From positions 1-58,160 of the forward strand of contig DATLYP010000069.1 in the NCBI GenBank assembly GCA_035574655.1: a stretch of DNA of 58,160 bases, in the 5' to 3' direction. The position numbers and the translations under genes are program-made. Within the stretch, counting starts at the first letter, position 1; the number at the start of each line of letters is the position of its first letter. Positions 23,367-32,086 of the stretch are shown one piece after another. The notes beneath the pieces were generated by a model. It was given only the letters and a program-made list of their open reading frames with translations. It did not search any database and was not told the DNA's origin. This DNA comes from Gaiellaceae bacterium. GTDB lineage: Bacteria > Actinomycetota > Thermoleophilia > Gaiellales > Gaiellaceae.

Positions 23367-26300
23367 ATGCAGCTCGCCTCCGACGGCACAATCCGCCTCT
23401 CCCCGTCCGACCTCGCGAACCACCTCGCGTGCCCGCACCTGACCACGCTCGAGCTCGCCGTCCAGCGCGGCGAGCTCGCGAAGCCGCAGCCCGACAACCC
23501 CTACGGCGACCTGCTCCGCGCGAAGGGGGAGGCGCACGAGCAGGCGGTCCTCGCCCGCTACGAGGCCGAGGGCAGGCGCGTCCTCCGGCTCCCCCGCTAC
23601 GAGGACCCGGGCTTCGACGCCGAGCAGGCGCTGCGGCGGACCGAGGAGGCGGTCCGCGCCGGCGAGGCGGACGTGATCTACCAGGCCCACCTCGCCGACG
23701 GGCCCTGGCGCGGCTTCGCCGACTTCCTGGAGCGACAGCCGGACGGGACGTACGAGCCGGTGGACGCGAAGCTCGCCCGCTCGGCCAAGCCCGGGCACGT
23801 GCTCCAGCTCTGCGTCTACGCGGCCGCGCTCGAGCGCATCCAGGGGCGTCTCCCCGAGCGGGCGCACGTCGAGCTCGGCACCGGCGAGCGGCAGAGCTTC
23901 CGCACCGCCGACGTCGCCGCCTTCTTCCGCCGCGCCCGGGAGCGCCTCCTCGCCGCCCTCGCCGCGGGCGCGGACGCGGGCACGTACCCGTGGCCGTGCG
24001 AGCACTGCCCGCTCTGCGACTTCCGCAGGGTCTGCCGCGCCCGGCTCGAGGCGGACGACCACCCCGTCCTCGTCGCCGGCCTCGGGCGCCGGCACGCGGA
24101 GCGGCTGCTCGCGGCGGGCGTCCCCACCCTGACCGCGCTCGGCCAGCGCCGGGACGGGCTCGAGGTGCCGGGGATCCGCGCCGAGACGCTCGAGCGGCTG
24201 CGCCACCAGGCCGAGCTCCAGCTCCACCTCGCGCGCACCGGCGAGCGGCGCGTCGACCCGCTGCCGGTCGAGGAGGGCAAGGGCTTCCGCATCCTCCCCG
24301 CGCCCTCGCCCGGCGACGTCTGGCTCGACCTCGAGGGTCACCCCTTCTACGAGCCGGCGCGCGGGCTCGAGTACCTCTTCGGCTGGTGCTACCGGGAGGA
24401 CGGCGAGCTCCGCTACGAGGCGGCCTGGGGCGCCGACCGCGCCGGCGAGCGGGCCGCCTTCGAGCGCTTCGTGGACTGGGTGGAGGCGCGCCGCCGCCGC
24501 CACCCCGACCTGCACGTCTACCACTACGCGGGCTACGAGAAGGCCGCGCTCCGCCGGCTCATGGGCGAGCACTCCACGCGCGAGGCGGAGATCGACGACT
24601 GGCTGCGGCGCGGCCTGCTCGTCGACCTCTACCGGGTCGTCCGGCAGGCGCTGCGCGCCTCCGTCGAGAGCTACTCGCTGAAGGAGGTGGAGAAGCTGTA
24701 CGGCTTCGCCCGCACCGCGGACGTGTCCGGCGGAGACGAGTCCGCCGTCCTCTTCGAGCGCTGGCTGGAGCTCGGCGAGGCCTCGCTCCTCGAGCGCATC
24801 CGCGCCTACAACGAGGAGGACTGCCGCTCGCTCGCCGCCCTGCACCGGTGGCTGCTCGCGATCCGTCCACCCGGCCTTCCCTGGCGGGAGCCGCCTGAGG
24901 AGGCGGAGCGCCGGCCGGAGGCGGAGGAGCGCGACGCGGAGCTGGCGGCCCTGCACGCGCGCCTGTGCGCGGGCGCCGACCCGGGCAGCCCGCGCGCTCT
25001 CCTCGCCCACCTCCTCTACTACCACCGGCGCGAGGCGAAGTCGCAGTGGTGGGAGTGGTTCCACCACCTGGAGCTCGTGGGGGAGGAGCTCGAGGAGGAC
25101 ACGGACACGATCGGCGGCCTCGCCCTCGCCGGCGAGCCCGTGCCCGACAAGCGCTCGCTCGTCTACACGTTCACCTTCCCCCCGCAGGAGCACAAGATCG
25201 AGGGGCGCGCGGTCGATCCGCGGACGAGGCGCCTGTACGAGGTGGAGGTGGACGACGCGCAGGGCCTCGTCCGGCTGCGCCGGGGCCGGGCGCGGGCGAG
25301 GGAGCCGCTGCCGGAGGCGCTCATCCCACCCTCGCCGATCCCGGACACGGAGCAACGGAAGGCCGTGGCGCGCGTCGCCGAGTCCTACCTCGCGGGCGGC
25401 GGCCGCCACCCGGCGCTCGTCGAGGTGCTCGAGCGGAGGCCGCCGCGGGCGCGGCTCGACCTGCCGGTGCCGGAGGCGGCCCTCTCCCTGGACGGGAGCT
25501 ACCTCTTCGTCCAGGGCCCGCCCGGGTCGGGGAAGACGTGGTGGGGCGCGAGGGCGGCGGTCGCGCTCATGCGGGCGGGGAGGCGGGTCGGGGTCACCTC
25601 GCTCAGCCACAAGGCGATCGGCAAGCTCCTGCAGGAGATCGAGCGGGAGGCGCGCGAGCAGGGCTTCCGCTTCCGCGGGCGCAAGAAGTCGTCCGCGGAC
25701 GATCCCGAGTCCCGCTTCCAGGGCGCGTTCGTGGACTCGCGCGACGGCTGGCGCGACCTCCTCGATCCCGGGCTCGACCTCGTCGCCGGCACCGCCTGGC
25801 TCTTCGCGCGCGAGGACTTCGCGGGGGTCTGCGACACGCTGATCGTGGACGAGGCGGGGCAGGTCGCGCTCGCCGACGTCGTCGCCGTCGGGCATGCCGC
25901 GCGCAACCTCGTCCTCCTCGGCGACCCGAACCAGCTCCCCCAGGTCTCCCAGGGCGCGCAGCCGGAGGAGGCGAAGCGCTCGGTCCTCCAGCACCTGCTC
26001 GGGGAGGAGCGGACGGTGCCGCCGGGGCGGGGCGTCTTCCTCGCGGAGACGTGGCGGCTGCGGCCGGAGCTCGCCGCCTTCACCTCGGAGGCCTGGTACG
26101 AGGGGCGCCTGCGCTGCGCCGAGCCCTGCGCGCGGCGCACGCTCGCCGCGGGGGACGGGCTCGTCTACCGTCCGGTCGAGCACGCCGGGAACGGGCAGCT
26201 CTCCTGGGAGGAGGCGGAGGAAGTCGCGGCCGCGATCGGCGCCCTGCTCGGCACGGCCTACACCGACGAGCGGGGGCGGACGCGGCCGCTCACCGAGGCG

Positions 26301-26633
26301 GACGTTCTCGTCGTCGCCCCCTACAACGCGCAGGTGCGCGCGCTCCGGCGCACGCTGCCGGCGGGCGTGCGGGTGGGGACGGTGGACAAGTTCCAGGGGC
26401 AGGAGGCGCCGGTCGTGCTCGTCTCGCTCGCGAGCTCGAGCGGGGAGGAGGCGCCGCGCGGGATCTCCTTCGTCTTCGACGCGCACCGGGTCAACGTCGC
26501 CACCTCGCGCGCCCAGTGCCGGGTCGAGCTCGTCTGCTCGCCGCGGCTGCTCGAGGCGGACTGCAAGACCGTGCAGGACATGCGGCTCGTGAACGCGCTC
26601 TGCCGCTTCGTCGAGCTCGCCGAGCGCGCGTGA
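23367..26633 (+). CDS. Nuclease-helicase paralogue (1088 aa): TM0106-type RecB/Cas4-like Fe-S nuclease + RNaseH-like domain + SF1B AAA_11/AAA_12 helicase
   Basis: Nuclease motifs: LACPHL (first Cys), ADFLER, PVDAKLARS, LQLCVYAAAL, WPCEHCPLCDFRRVC. RNaseH-like: VWLDLEGHPFYEP..LEYLFGW..HVYHYAGYEKAAL. Helicase: LFVQGPPGSGKTWW, LIVDEAGQV, LLGDPNQLPQV, VGTVDKFQGQEAPVVLVS, RVNVATSRAQCRV. Confidence 0.8.
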   Translation: MQLASDGTIRLSPSDLANHLACPHLTTLELAVQRGELAKPQPDNPYGDLLRAKGEAHEQAVLARYEAEGRRVLRLPRYEDPGFDAEQALRRTEEAVRAGEADVIYQAHLADGPWRGFADFLERQPDGTYEPVDAKLARSAKPGHVLQLCVYAAALERIQGRLPERAHVELGTGERQSFRTADVAAFFRRARERLLAALAAGADAGTYPWPCEHCPLCDFRRVCRARLEADDHPVLVAGLGRRHAERLLAAGVPTLTALGQRRDGLEVPGIRAETLERLRHQAELQLHLARTGERRVDPLPVEEGKGFRILPAPSPGDVWLDLEGHPFYEPARGLEYLFGWCYREDGELRYEAAWGADRAGERAAFERFVDWVEARRRRHPDLHVYHYAGYEKAALRRLMGEHSTREAEIDDWLRRGLLVDLYRVVRQALRASVESYSLKEVEKLYGFARTADVSGGDESAVLFERWLELGEASLLERIRAYNEEDCRSLAALHRWLLAIRPPGLPWREPPEEAERRPEAEERDAELAALHARLCAGADPGSPRALLAHLLYYHRREAKSQWWEWFHHLELVGEELEEDTDTIGGLALAGEPVPDKRSLVYTFTFPPQEHKIEGRAVDPRTRRLYEVEVDDAQGLVRLRRGRARAREPLPEALIPPSPIPDTEQRKAVARVAESYLAGGGRHPALVEVLERRPPRARLDLPVPEAALSLDGSYLFVQGPPGSGKTWWGARAAVALMRAGRRVGVTSLSHKAIGKLLQEIEREAREQGFRFRGRKKSSADDPESRFQGAFVDSRDGWRDLLDPGLDLVAGTAWLFAREDFAGVCDTLIVDEAGQVALADVVAVGHAARNLVLLGDPNQLPQVSQGAQPEEAKRSVLQHLLGEERTVPPGRGVFLAETWRLRPELAAFTSEAWYEGRLRCAEPCARRTLAAGDGLVYRPVEHAGNGQLSWEEAEEVAAAIGALLGTAYTDERGRTRPLTEADVLVVAPYNAQVRALRRTLPAGVRVGTVDKFQGQEAPVVLVSLASSSGEEAPRGISFVFDAHRVNVATSRAQCRVELVCSPRLLEADCKTVQDMRLVNALCRFVELAERA

Positions 26634-26681
26634 CGGGAGGGAGTAGGGATCGGCCCGGGCGGGTACAGGGCCCGGCACGGG

Positions 26682-26918
26682 ATGCCTCGAGCTCGAGAGG
26701 GGGTGGTTGCGGTGAGCGGCGAGCCGGAGGAGCAGACCGCGGAGAGCGGCTACGGGGGTGCGAGCGAGGGCGCGGGCGGGCCGCCGCAGGTCGATCCCTC
26801 CCCGCCCGATCCCGACGAGCCGTGGAGCGAGCCGCAGCCGCCGGAGCCGCAGCCGCCGGAGCCGCTGGCGCCGACGCCGCAGCCGCCGCCGCCGCCCTAC
26901 GAGCCGCCGCAGATCTGA
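26682..26918 (+). CDS. Possible small Pro/Glu-rich protein (78 aa)
   Basis: The ORF carries a PEPQPPEPQPPEP repeat encoded by two tandem gagccgcagccgccg units. Support is weak: it could be a chance ORF in a GC-rich spacer. Confidence 0.2.
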   Translation: MPRAREGVVAVSGEPEEQTAESGYGGASEGAGGPPQVDPSPPDPDEPWSEPQPPEPQPPEPLAPTPQPPPPPYEPPQI

Positions 26919-26967
26919 CGGGCTCGGGCCGCGCCGGCTCTCCGCGAGCTGCGGCTACCCTTAACAA

Positions 26968-27471
26968 GTGAGGCTTTCGGTCGGGGACGCCGTCGTCTAC
27001 GGGACGCACGGGATCGGGCGGATCGTCGCCCGCGAGGAGCGCGAGGTTCTGGGGGCCCGGCGGGAGGTGGTGGTCGTCGAGCTCGCCGGCGGCCTGACCG
27101 CCACGCTTCCCCTCGAGCGCGCGAAGGAGCACCTGCGCCCGCTCGCGAGCAAGGACGTGATCCGCAAGGTGCAGGAGACGCTCCGCACCGACCGGACGCT
27201 GCGCAGCGATCCCTGGCTCTCGCGGCGCCGCGAGGCGCTCGAGAAGCTCGCCGCGGGCGACCCCGTGCAGCTCGCGGAGATCGTCCGCGAGGGGGCGCAG
27301 CGCGAGAAGATGCGCCGCGGCAACGGCGGCAAGTCCGGTCTCTCGCCCGGCGAGCGCGACCTCTTCACGCGCGCCTGGAAGCTGCTCGCGGGGGAGATCG
27401 CGAGCGCGCGCGGCATCGACGTGGCGGAAGCCGACCGGTGGATCGAGGAGCAGCTCGCGAGCGCGGAGTAG
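26968..27471 (+). CDS. carD: CarD/CdnL family RNA-polymerase-binding transcription regulator
   Basis: MRLSVGDAVVYGTHGIGRIVAREEREVLGARREVVVVELAGGLTATLPLERAKEHLRPL is the CarD_CdnL_TRCF N-terminal domain. The C-terminus is helical. Confidence 0.85.
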   Translation: MRLSVGDAVVYGTHGIGRIVAREEREVLGARREVVVVELAGGLTATLPLERAKEHLRPLASKDVIRKVQETLRTDRTLRSDPWLSRRREALEKLAAGDPVQLAEIVREGAQREKMRRGNGGKSGLSPGERDLFTRAWKLLAGEIASARGIDVAEADRWIEEQLASAE

Positions 27472-27618
27472 CGCAACACCCGGGGTCAGGTCCCTTCCGT
27501 TGCGGTCCGCAACACCGGGGTCAGGTCTTCTCCGTTGCGTGCAACGAACGGGACCTGACCCCGGGTGTTGCGCGCTAGGCAGCCGCGCAACAAGCGGGAC
27601 CTGACCCCGGTGTTGCAG
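27472..27618. repeat. REP-like palindromic element array (2 forward + 2 inverted units)
   Basis: The unit is CGCAAC-A-C(C)GGGGTCAGGTC(C/T)(C/T)T(T/C)CCGTTGCG. There are two forward copies (27472-27539), then two reverse-complement copies (GCAACGAACGGGACCTGACCCCGGGTGTTGCG; CGCAACAAGCGGGACCTGACCCCGGTGTTGCA). Confidence 0.8.
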
Positions 27619-27748
27619 GTATCGTCCCCGCCGCGTAGGGGAGTATCCCCGCGCGCTCCGTCGTCACTGCGCGGCCTTCGGCCCGGCGGAGCGGCCCGGT
27701 CGGGCGGGAGAGACCTACGAGGGGCAAGCGACTCTTCGGAGGTGTCTC

Positions 27749-28567
27749 GTGTACACCAATGCATCCGTACCGGGGGCCGGCCGCGAGCGAGCCCAAGACG
27801 CGGTCTTCGGCCACGTCTTGGTTGGCCTCGACGACACGCCGGAGAGCCTGCTCGCGGCCGCGCAGGCCGGGGTGCTGCGAGCCCCGGACGGCCGACTCGA
27901 GCTGCTCGCCGTCGCCGAGCGGCACCTGGCCGCGCATGCGGGCATGGCCGCGCCGGACGCGGAGGAGCACGTCTACGCGGACACGGCCGCGAACCTGGAG
28001 CGCGCCAAGGAGCTCGTGGACGCCGACGAGGCCGTTCTCGCCGCCGGCCGCCTCGTCCCCCTGCTCCGCCTCGAGGCGGAACGGCGCGGCGCCACGCTGA
28101 TCGCGGTCGGCGCCCGCTCCCACCGGCGGCTGGCCGCGCTCGCCCTGGGCGGGCACGACGTGGAGGCGCTGCACGACGCCCCGTGCTCGGTGCTCCTCGC
28201 GCGCCCGGGGTGGGGGCCGCACCGGCCGGACCGGATCGTCGTCGCGATCGACGGCTCCCCCGAGTCGCGGGCGGCGGAGGAGACGGCGCGCGCGCTCGCG
28301 GCCCGCCTCGGATGCGACCTCGTCCCCGCCGTCGGGCTCGCGGACGCCGCCGCTCCGGACGTGCTCCGGGCCGAGCGCGAGAACGGGCTCGTCGATCCGC
28401 GCCCTCTCCTCGACGCAGTCGCCGAGGCGGCCACCGCTGCCAGCCTCGTCGTCGTCGGGCGCCGCGCGCCGCGGCGCGGCAGGCGCGCCGACCTCGCCGA
28501 GCGCGCCGCCTACCGCGTACGCTGCTCGGTGCTCGTCGTCCGCCACCACATGCCAGCGCAGGGGTGA
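27749..28567 (+). CDS. Universal stress protein, tandem Usp domains
   Basis: Two Usp-like halves: HVLVGLDDTPES...ATLIAVGARSHRRL..ALGGHDVEALHDAPCSVLLAR, and RIVVAIDGSPESR...SLVVVGRRAPRR...AERAAYRVRCSVLVV. The exact start is uncertain (GTG 27749). Confidence 0.7.
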   Translation: MYTNASVPGAGRERAQDAVFGHVLVGLDDTPESLLAAAQAGVLRAPDGRLELLAVAERHLAAHAGMAAPDAEEHVYADTAANLERAKELVDADEAVLAAGRLVPLLRLEAERRGATLIAVGARSHRRLAALALGGHDVEALHDAPCSVLLARPGWGPHRPDRIVVAIDGSPESRAAEETARALAARLGCDLVPAVGLADAAAPDVLRAERENGLVDPRPLLDAVAEAATAASLVVVGRRAPRRGRRADLAERAAYRVRCSVLVVRHHMPAQG

Positions 28568-28571
28568 CGGA

Positions 28572-31316
28572 GTGATCCCCCGCTCGGCGCTCACCGAGAC
28601 GCCCCCCCGCGGTCCTGCGCCAACTGCGGCCCCGCTCGCTGAGGCGTGGCACGCCCTCGAGGTCGAGGAGGCCGCGGCCCGCCTCGACGCCGACTTGGAG
28701 GCGGGCCTCTCCTCCCGCGCGGCCGCCGAGCGCCTCGCCCGCTACGGACCCAACGAGCTCGAGGCCGCCGGAGCGGTGCGGCCGTGGAGGCTGCTGCTCG
28801 ACCAGTTCAAGAACGTCCTCATCCTGATCCTGCTCGCCGCGGTCGGCCTGTCCGTCGTGCTCGGGCACGCGACCGAGGCGATCGTCATCTCGGTGATCGT
28901 CCTCCTCGCCGCCCTGCTCGGCTTCGTGCAGGAGTACCGGGCCGAGCGGGCGATCGAAGCCCTCCGCCGGTTGGCCGCCCCCACCGCCACCGTGCTCCGG
29001 GACGGGGAGGAGACGGAGGTGGCTGCGCGCGACCTCGTCCCCGGCGACGTCCTGCTCCTGCGCGCGGGTGACAAGGTGTCGGCGGATGGACGCCTCGTAG
29101 AGGCGGTCAACCTCCAAGTCGAGGAGTCGGCCCTCACGGGGGAGTCGCATCCGGTCGAGAAGCGCACAGAGGCCGTCCCCGGCGACGTGTCGGTCGCGGC
29201 GCGCGCCAACATGGTCTACGCGGGGACGGCGGTCACCTACGGGCGCGGCCGGGCGCTCGTCGTGGCCACGGGCATGAGCACCGAGTTCGGCGGCATCGCC
29301 CGCCTGCTGGAGACGATCGAGCGGGCGAAGACGCCGCTCCAGGAGAGCCTCGACCGAGTGGCGATGGTGCTCGCGCGCGCCGCCCTCGTCATCGTGCTGA
29401 TCGTCGTCTCCCTGGGGCTCGTCCGGGGGCAGCCGTTCTTCGACATGCTCCTCTTCGGCACGGCGCTCGCGGTCGCCGTCGTCCCGGAGGCGCTGCCCGC
29501 GGTCATCACCATCTCCCTGACTCTGGCCGCGCAGCGGATGGTGCGCCGCAACGTGCTCGTCCGCCGCCTGCCCGCGATCGAGACCCTGGGCAGCGTCTCC
29601 GTCATCTGCACGGACAAGACGGGGACGCTGACGAGGGACGAGATGACCGTGCGCAGGATCTACGCCGGGGGCGAGCTGCTCGAGCTCTCGGGCGCGGGCT
29701 ACGAGCCGGAGGGGGAGGTGCTCCGCGCGGGCACTCCGGTCGAGCCGCCGCCCGCCCTGGTGGAGACGCTGCGCGGCGCCGCTCTCGCCTCCGACGCGCG
29801 CCTCGTCCGCGAGGAGGGGCAGTGGGCGGTCCGGGGCGACCCGACGGAGGGGGCGCTGCTCGTCGCGGCTGCGAAGGTCGGTCTCGACCGGGAGGAGCTC
29901 GAGCGGCGCTGCCCGCGCGTTGCCGAGATCCCGTTCACGTCGGAGAGCAAGCGGATGACGACCATCCACGAGACGCCGGAAGGGCGGCTCGCCTACCAGA
30001 AGGGCGCGCCGGAGGTCGTCCTCGCCGCCTGCACGCGCGTGCTCGGTCCCTCCGGAGAGGAGCCGCTCGACCCGGCGAAGCGCGACGCGCTCGCGGAGGT
30101 GGCCCGGGCGATGGCCGGGGACGCCCTGCGCGTGCTCGCGGTCGCGCGCCGGCGGGAGGCGACGCTCGAGAACGCGGAGCGCGAGCTCACGCTGCTCGGG
30201 CTCGTGGGCATGCTCGACCCGCCCCGGCCGGAGGCGAAGCCGGCCGTCGAGACCTGCTTGCAGGCGGGCATCCGGCCGGTGATGATCACGGGCGACCACC
30301 CGCTCACGGCCCAGGCGATCGCACGCGAGCTCGGGATCCTCACGCACGGGCGCGCGGTCACCGGAAGCGAGCTGGACGCGATGGACGACGCGGAGCTCGA
30401 GCGGGAGATCGAGGCGATCCAGGTCTACGCCCGCGTCGCCCCCGAGCACAAGCTGCGCGTGGTCTCCGCGCTGCAGGCCAAGGGGCACGCGGTCGCCGTG
30501 ACCGGGGACGGGGTGAACGACGCGCCCGCGCTCAAGAAGGCGGACATCGGCGTCGCGATGGGCATCACCGGCACGGACGTGGCGAAGGAAGCGGCGGCCA
30601 TGACGCTGACAGACGACAACTTCGCTTCCATCGTGGCCGCGGTCGAGGCGGGCCGCGGCGTCTTCGCGAATATCAAGAAGTACCTCATGTACCTCCTCGC
30701 CGCGAACCTCGGCGAGATCGGCCTCCTCCTCGGCTCCTCCCTGCTCGGCCGGCCGCTGCCGCTGAGCGCCGTCCAGATCCTCTACGTGAACCTGGCGACG
30801 GACGGGCTCCCCGCGCTCGCTCTCTCCCTCGACCCGCACGAGAGCGACCTGATGCGGCAGCCGCCGCGCCGGCGCCGGGAGGGCATCTTCACCCGCCCCG
30901 TCGTCACCCTGATCGGCGTGGGCGGCATCTGGTCGGCGCTCGTCACGCTCGCTCTCTTCAGCTTCGCGCTCTCCTCCGGCAGGCCCCTCGAGGAGGCGAT
31001 GACGATCACGTTCGCCACCCTCGTCGTGATCGAGTTCTTCAAGGCGTACAGCTACCGCTCCGACCGGCGCTCCGTGCTCGAGCGGCCGTTCGCGAACCGC
31101 TGGCTGAACCTCGCCATCCTCTGGGAGCTCTTCCTCGTCACGCTCGTCCTCAACGTGCCCTTCCTGCAAGACGCGTTCGGGACGGAGTCGCTCTCGGCGG
31201 GGACGTGGCTTCTGGTCGTCGGCGCCGCGGCGACGATCGTGCCCGTGCTCGAGGTCGCGAAGCGGGTGCTGCGGCGGCGGGCGGCGGGCGGCGAGGCCGA
31301 GCGGCGCACCTCGTAG
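28572..31316 (+). CDS. Cation-transporting P-type ATPase (P2-type, Ca2+/Mg2+-ATPase-like), 914 aa
   Basis: N-terminal Cation_ATPase_N segment (WHALEVEEAAARLDADLEAGLSSRAAAERLARYGPNELE), TGES, phosphorylation site ICTDKTGTLT, hinge TGDGVNDAPALKKADIGVAMG, and about 10 hydrophobic segments. Confidence 0.9.
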   Translation: MIPRSALTETPPRGPAPTAAPLAEAWHALEVEEAAARLDADLEAGLSSRAAAERLARYGPNELEAAGAVRPWRLLLDQFKNVLILILLAAVGLSVVLGHATEAIVISVIVLLAALLGFVQEYRAERAIEALRRLAAPTATVLRDGEETEVAARDLVPGDVLLLRAGDKVSADGRLVEAVNLQVEESALTGESHPVEKRTEAVPGDVSVAARANMVYAGTAVTYGRGRALVVATGMSTEFGGIARLLETIERAKTPLQESLDRVAMVLARAALVIVLIVVSLGLVRGQPFFDMLLFGTALAVAVVPEALPAVITISLTLAAQRMVRRNVLVRRLPAIETLGSVSVICTDKTGTLTRDEMTVRRIYAGGELLELSGAGYEPEGEVLRAGTPVEPPPALVETLRGAALASDARLVREEGQWAVRGDPTEGALLVAAAKVGLDREELERRCPRVAEIPFTSESKRMTTIHETPEGRLAYQKGAPEVVLAACTRVLGPSGEEPLDPAKRDALAEVARAMAGDALRVLAVARRREATLENAERELTLLGLVGMLDPPRPEAKPAVETCLQAGIRPVMITGDHPLTAQAIARELGILTHGRAVTGSELDAMDDAELEREIEAIQVYARVAPEHKLRVVSALQAKGHAVAVTGDGVNDAPALKKADIGVAMGITGTDVAKEAAAMTLTDDNFASIVAAVEAGRGVFANIKKYLMYLLAANLGEIGLLLGSSLLGRPLPLSAVQILYVNLATDGLPALALSLDPHESDLMRQPPRRRREGIFTRPVVTLIGVGGIWSALVTLALFSFALSSGRPLEEAMTITFATLVVIEFFKAYSYRSDRRSVLERPFANRWLNLAILWELFLVTLVLNVPFLQDAFGTESLSAGTWLLVVGAAATIVPVLEVAKRVLRRRAAGGEAERRTS

Positions 31317-31326
31317 GCGCCCTCGC

Positions 31327-31550
31327 GCGCAACAGCGGGGTCAGGTCCCGTTCGTTGCGACAGCGGGGTCAGGTCCCGTTCGTTGCGCGCAACACGGGGT
31401 CAGGTCCCGTTCGTTGCGTGCACCAGACGAGACCTGACCCCCCGGGGTGTTGCGCGTCAGCGCAACGGCAGGGACCTGACCCCGGTGTTGCATCGCCTCT
31501 GATCCCACGGGTTCCGTACGCAACGGAAGAGACCTGACCCCGCTGTTGCA
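31327..31550. repeat. REP-like palindromic element array (3 forward + 3 inverted units), same family as 27472-27618
   Basis: Three forward CAACA(G)CGGGGTCAGGTCCCGTTCGTTGCG copies (31327-31418), followed by three inverted copies containing GACCTGACCCC(G)GTGTTGC (31419-31550). Confidence 0.8.
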
Positions 31551-31569
31551 GGCGGAGAGCGCAGACGCC

Positions 31570-32043
31570 TCAGGCGGCGGGGCGGCAGTCCGCGCAGGCG
31601 CCGCGGAGGACGACCTCGTGCGCGTCGACGGCGAAGCCGAGGCGGCCCGCGACGCGGCCGAGCGCGCGCTCCAAGGGCGCGTCCGAGAACGCCTCCACGC
31701 GGCCGCAGCCGTCGCAGACGACGTGGTGATGGTGCTCGCCGCCCGGCCACGCGGGCTCGAAGCGGGCGACGCCGTCGCCGAGGTCGACGCGCTGCACGAG
31801 CCCGAGCTCGGCGAGCGTGTCGAGGGCCCGGTAGACGCTCGCCATGCCCGCCTTGCCGCCCCTCGCCCGGATGCCGTCGAAGATCTCCTGCGCCGACAGG
31901 CAGCAGTCCTGGCCGTCGAGGAAATCGACCACCGCCCGGCGGGCGCCTCCGCTACGGAAACCTGCGCGCCGCAGCCCCTCGAGCGCGTGCCGAAGCCACG
32001 AGGACGAGGAGAGGGGACGGGAACGACCGCTCACCGTGCCCAT
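31570..32043 (-). CDS. zur: Fur-family metalloregulator, probable Zur
   Basis: Internal ATG (M34) of ORF 31570..32142. wHTH segment SAQEIFDGIRARGGKAGMASVYRALDTLAELGLVQRV. Metal sites EHHHHVVCDGCG and ACADC. It is divergent from znuACB, with a palindromic box in between. Confidence 0.8.
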   Translation of the reverse strand: MGTVSGRSRPLSSSSWLRHALEGLRRAGFRSGGARRAVVDFLDGQDCCLSAQEIFDGIRARGGKAGMASVYRALDTLAELGLVQRVDLGDGVARFEPAWPGGEHHHHVVCDGCGRVEAFSDAPLERALGRVAGRLGFAVDAHEVVLRGACADCRPAA

Positions 32044-32053
32044 CCTACCGCAC

Positions 32054-32074
32054 TGAGAATGCGAATGATTCTCA
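32054..32074. promoter_or_regulatory. Candidate Zur box (TGAGAAT-N7-ATTCTCA)
   Basis: Perfect 7-nt inverted repeat TGAGAATgcgaatgATTCTCA. It is AT-rich within a GC-rich genome. It lies 10 nt upstream of the zur start and 12 nt upstream of the znuA GTG. Confidence 0.6.
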
Positions 32075-32086
32075 AAGCGTGCTAGG

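Noticed and set aside
22353-26678. 1441-aa minus-strand ORF and the 23324..24898 / 24965..26971 plus-strand ORFs
   Set aside because: They are antisense or off-frame to the motif-rich 23367-26633 helicase gene. Their composition is Arg/Pro/Gly junk.
27472-27618. Repeat arrays at 27.5 and 31.4 kb considered as CRISPR arrays
   Set aside because: The units abut each other without unique spacers. Half of the copies are in inverted orientation. No cas genes are present. REP-like palindromic elements fit better.
27619-27748. Possible riboswitch (for example an Mg2+ M-box) in the leader of the usp/P-type ATPase unit
   Set aside because: I could not recognise any conserved riboswitch core sequence. 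Only generic GC-rich pairing potential is present.
27486-31169. 1227-aa minus-strand ORF opposite the Usp and P-type ATPase genes
   Set aside because: It has no recognisable motifs and a low-complexity basic composition. The + strand frames carry textbook DKTGT / TGDGVNDAP signatures.
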